Virus record (IMG/VR): IMGVR_UViG_3300030372_001516
Span: 1 to 26,414 of that record
From: a virus
Taxonomy: Duplodnaviria; Caudoviricetes
Direction: 5' to 3' (one strand)
Length of the DNA stretch: 26,414 nt
The translations under genes and the position numbers were made by a program. The notes under the pieces were generated by a model, which did no database searches, had not been told where the DNA came from, and worked only from the letters and a program-made list of their open reading frames with translations. The first letter of the stretch is position 1. Each line of letters begins with the position of its first letter. Positions 26,103 to 26,414 of the stretch are shown one piece after another.

Positions 26103-26333
26103 TTAATTCATTAAGGATAGATAGGCTTTGTTTTCACGCTATACAGTTAGTGTTACCTATCCTATCTATCCCATAATACTCAACTTCCACCCATACCTGT
26201 TAGCGTCATTGTTAATAGGAATCCCACTTCTAGTTAAGGTATGTTCCCACCTAATAGTATTAATTCATTAAGGATAGATAGGCTTCTATTTTTCGCATTT
26301 CACTCTGAGTGTTTCACTCCTATCTATCCCATA
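26103..26333 (-). repeat. Two direct copies of a hairpin module with variable loop (candidate ncRNA)
   Basis: TTAATTCATTAAGGATAGATAGGCTT at 26103 and 26260; TCCTATCTATCCCATA at 26160 and 26318; the arms are inverted complements. Confidence 0.85.
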
Positions 26334-26364
26334 GCCGAGCAGTCGTTATCTGCTCATACCTAAT

Positions 26365-26393
26365 ACCCTAAAGAATTATTTCTTTTGTGTCAA
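26365..26393 (-). promoter_or_regulatory. Sigma70-type promoter with palindromic operator
   Basis: TTGACA-17 nt-TAGGGT; AAGAATTATTTCTT at 26371-26384. Confidence 0.7.
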
Positions 26394-26414
26394 ACTCTTT
26401 TTTGAAATCCTGAT

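Noticed and set aside
42-26176. All other plus-strand ORFs and nested alternative-frame minus ORFs (e.g. 888..1079, 7870..8061, 13814..14041, 19215..19487, 20908..21132)
   Set aside because: They overlap well-supported genes or repeats and lack recognisable motifs; gene order is uniformly minus strand
24586-26209. 10-nt inverted match ATGACGCTAA (24586) / TTAGCGTCAT (26200)
   Set aside because: Length expected by chance in 26 kb
21947-26232. CCACTTCTA shared by the terL RBS region and the leader RNA
   Set aside because: Only 9 nt and same sense, so not antisense; chance level
26103-26333. Canonical CRISPR array
   Set aside because: Only two units, the variable part lies inside the inverted repeat, the inter-unit gap is ~84 nt, and no cas genes are present
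1-26414. Alternative genetic code, introns or inteins in terL, portal or MCP
   Set aside because: Core genes are intact at normal length under the standard code and all three stop codons terminate genes

Overview
AT-rich (roughly one third GC) segment of a tailed bacteriophage genome of podovirus type, resembling uncultured marine phages of Proteobacteria (host not determinable here). All credible genes lie on the minus strand. In transcription order (right to left): (1) 22.5-26.4 kb, an early/accessory region of small, often very acidic ORFs in three sigma70-type promoter units. All three promoters carry the same 14-bp palindrome in the -35/-10 spacer, and the first drives a ~280-nt leader with two copies of a hairpin module enclosing a variable 35-36 nt loop. 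(2) A ~560-bp non-coding gap. (3) P22-like large terminase, portal, a dense cluster of translationally coupled Lys/Arg-rich microproteins, scaffold, major capsid protein, a structured intergenic element, decoration proteins, adaptor, repeat-containing tail fibre plus chaperone, short fibre, tail nozzle, GNAT-like protein and ejection proteins. (4) A putative lysis region: holin-like protein, membrane-anchored Cys-rich protein and overlapping lipoprotein. No small terminase, endolysin, integrase, replication gene, tRNA or canonical CRISPR array was recognised. Family names are from motif recall, not searches. Many ORFs under 60 aa missing from the supplied track were translated by hand.
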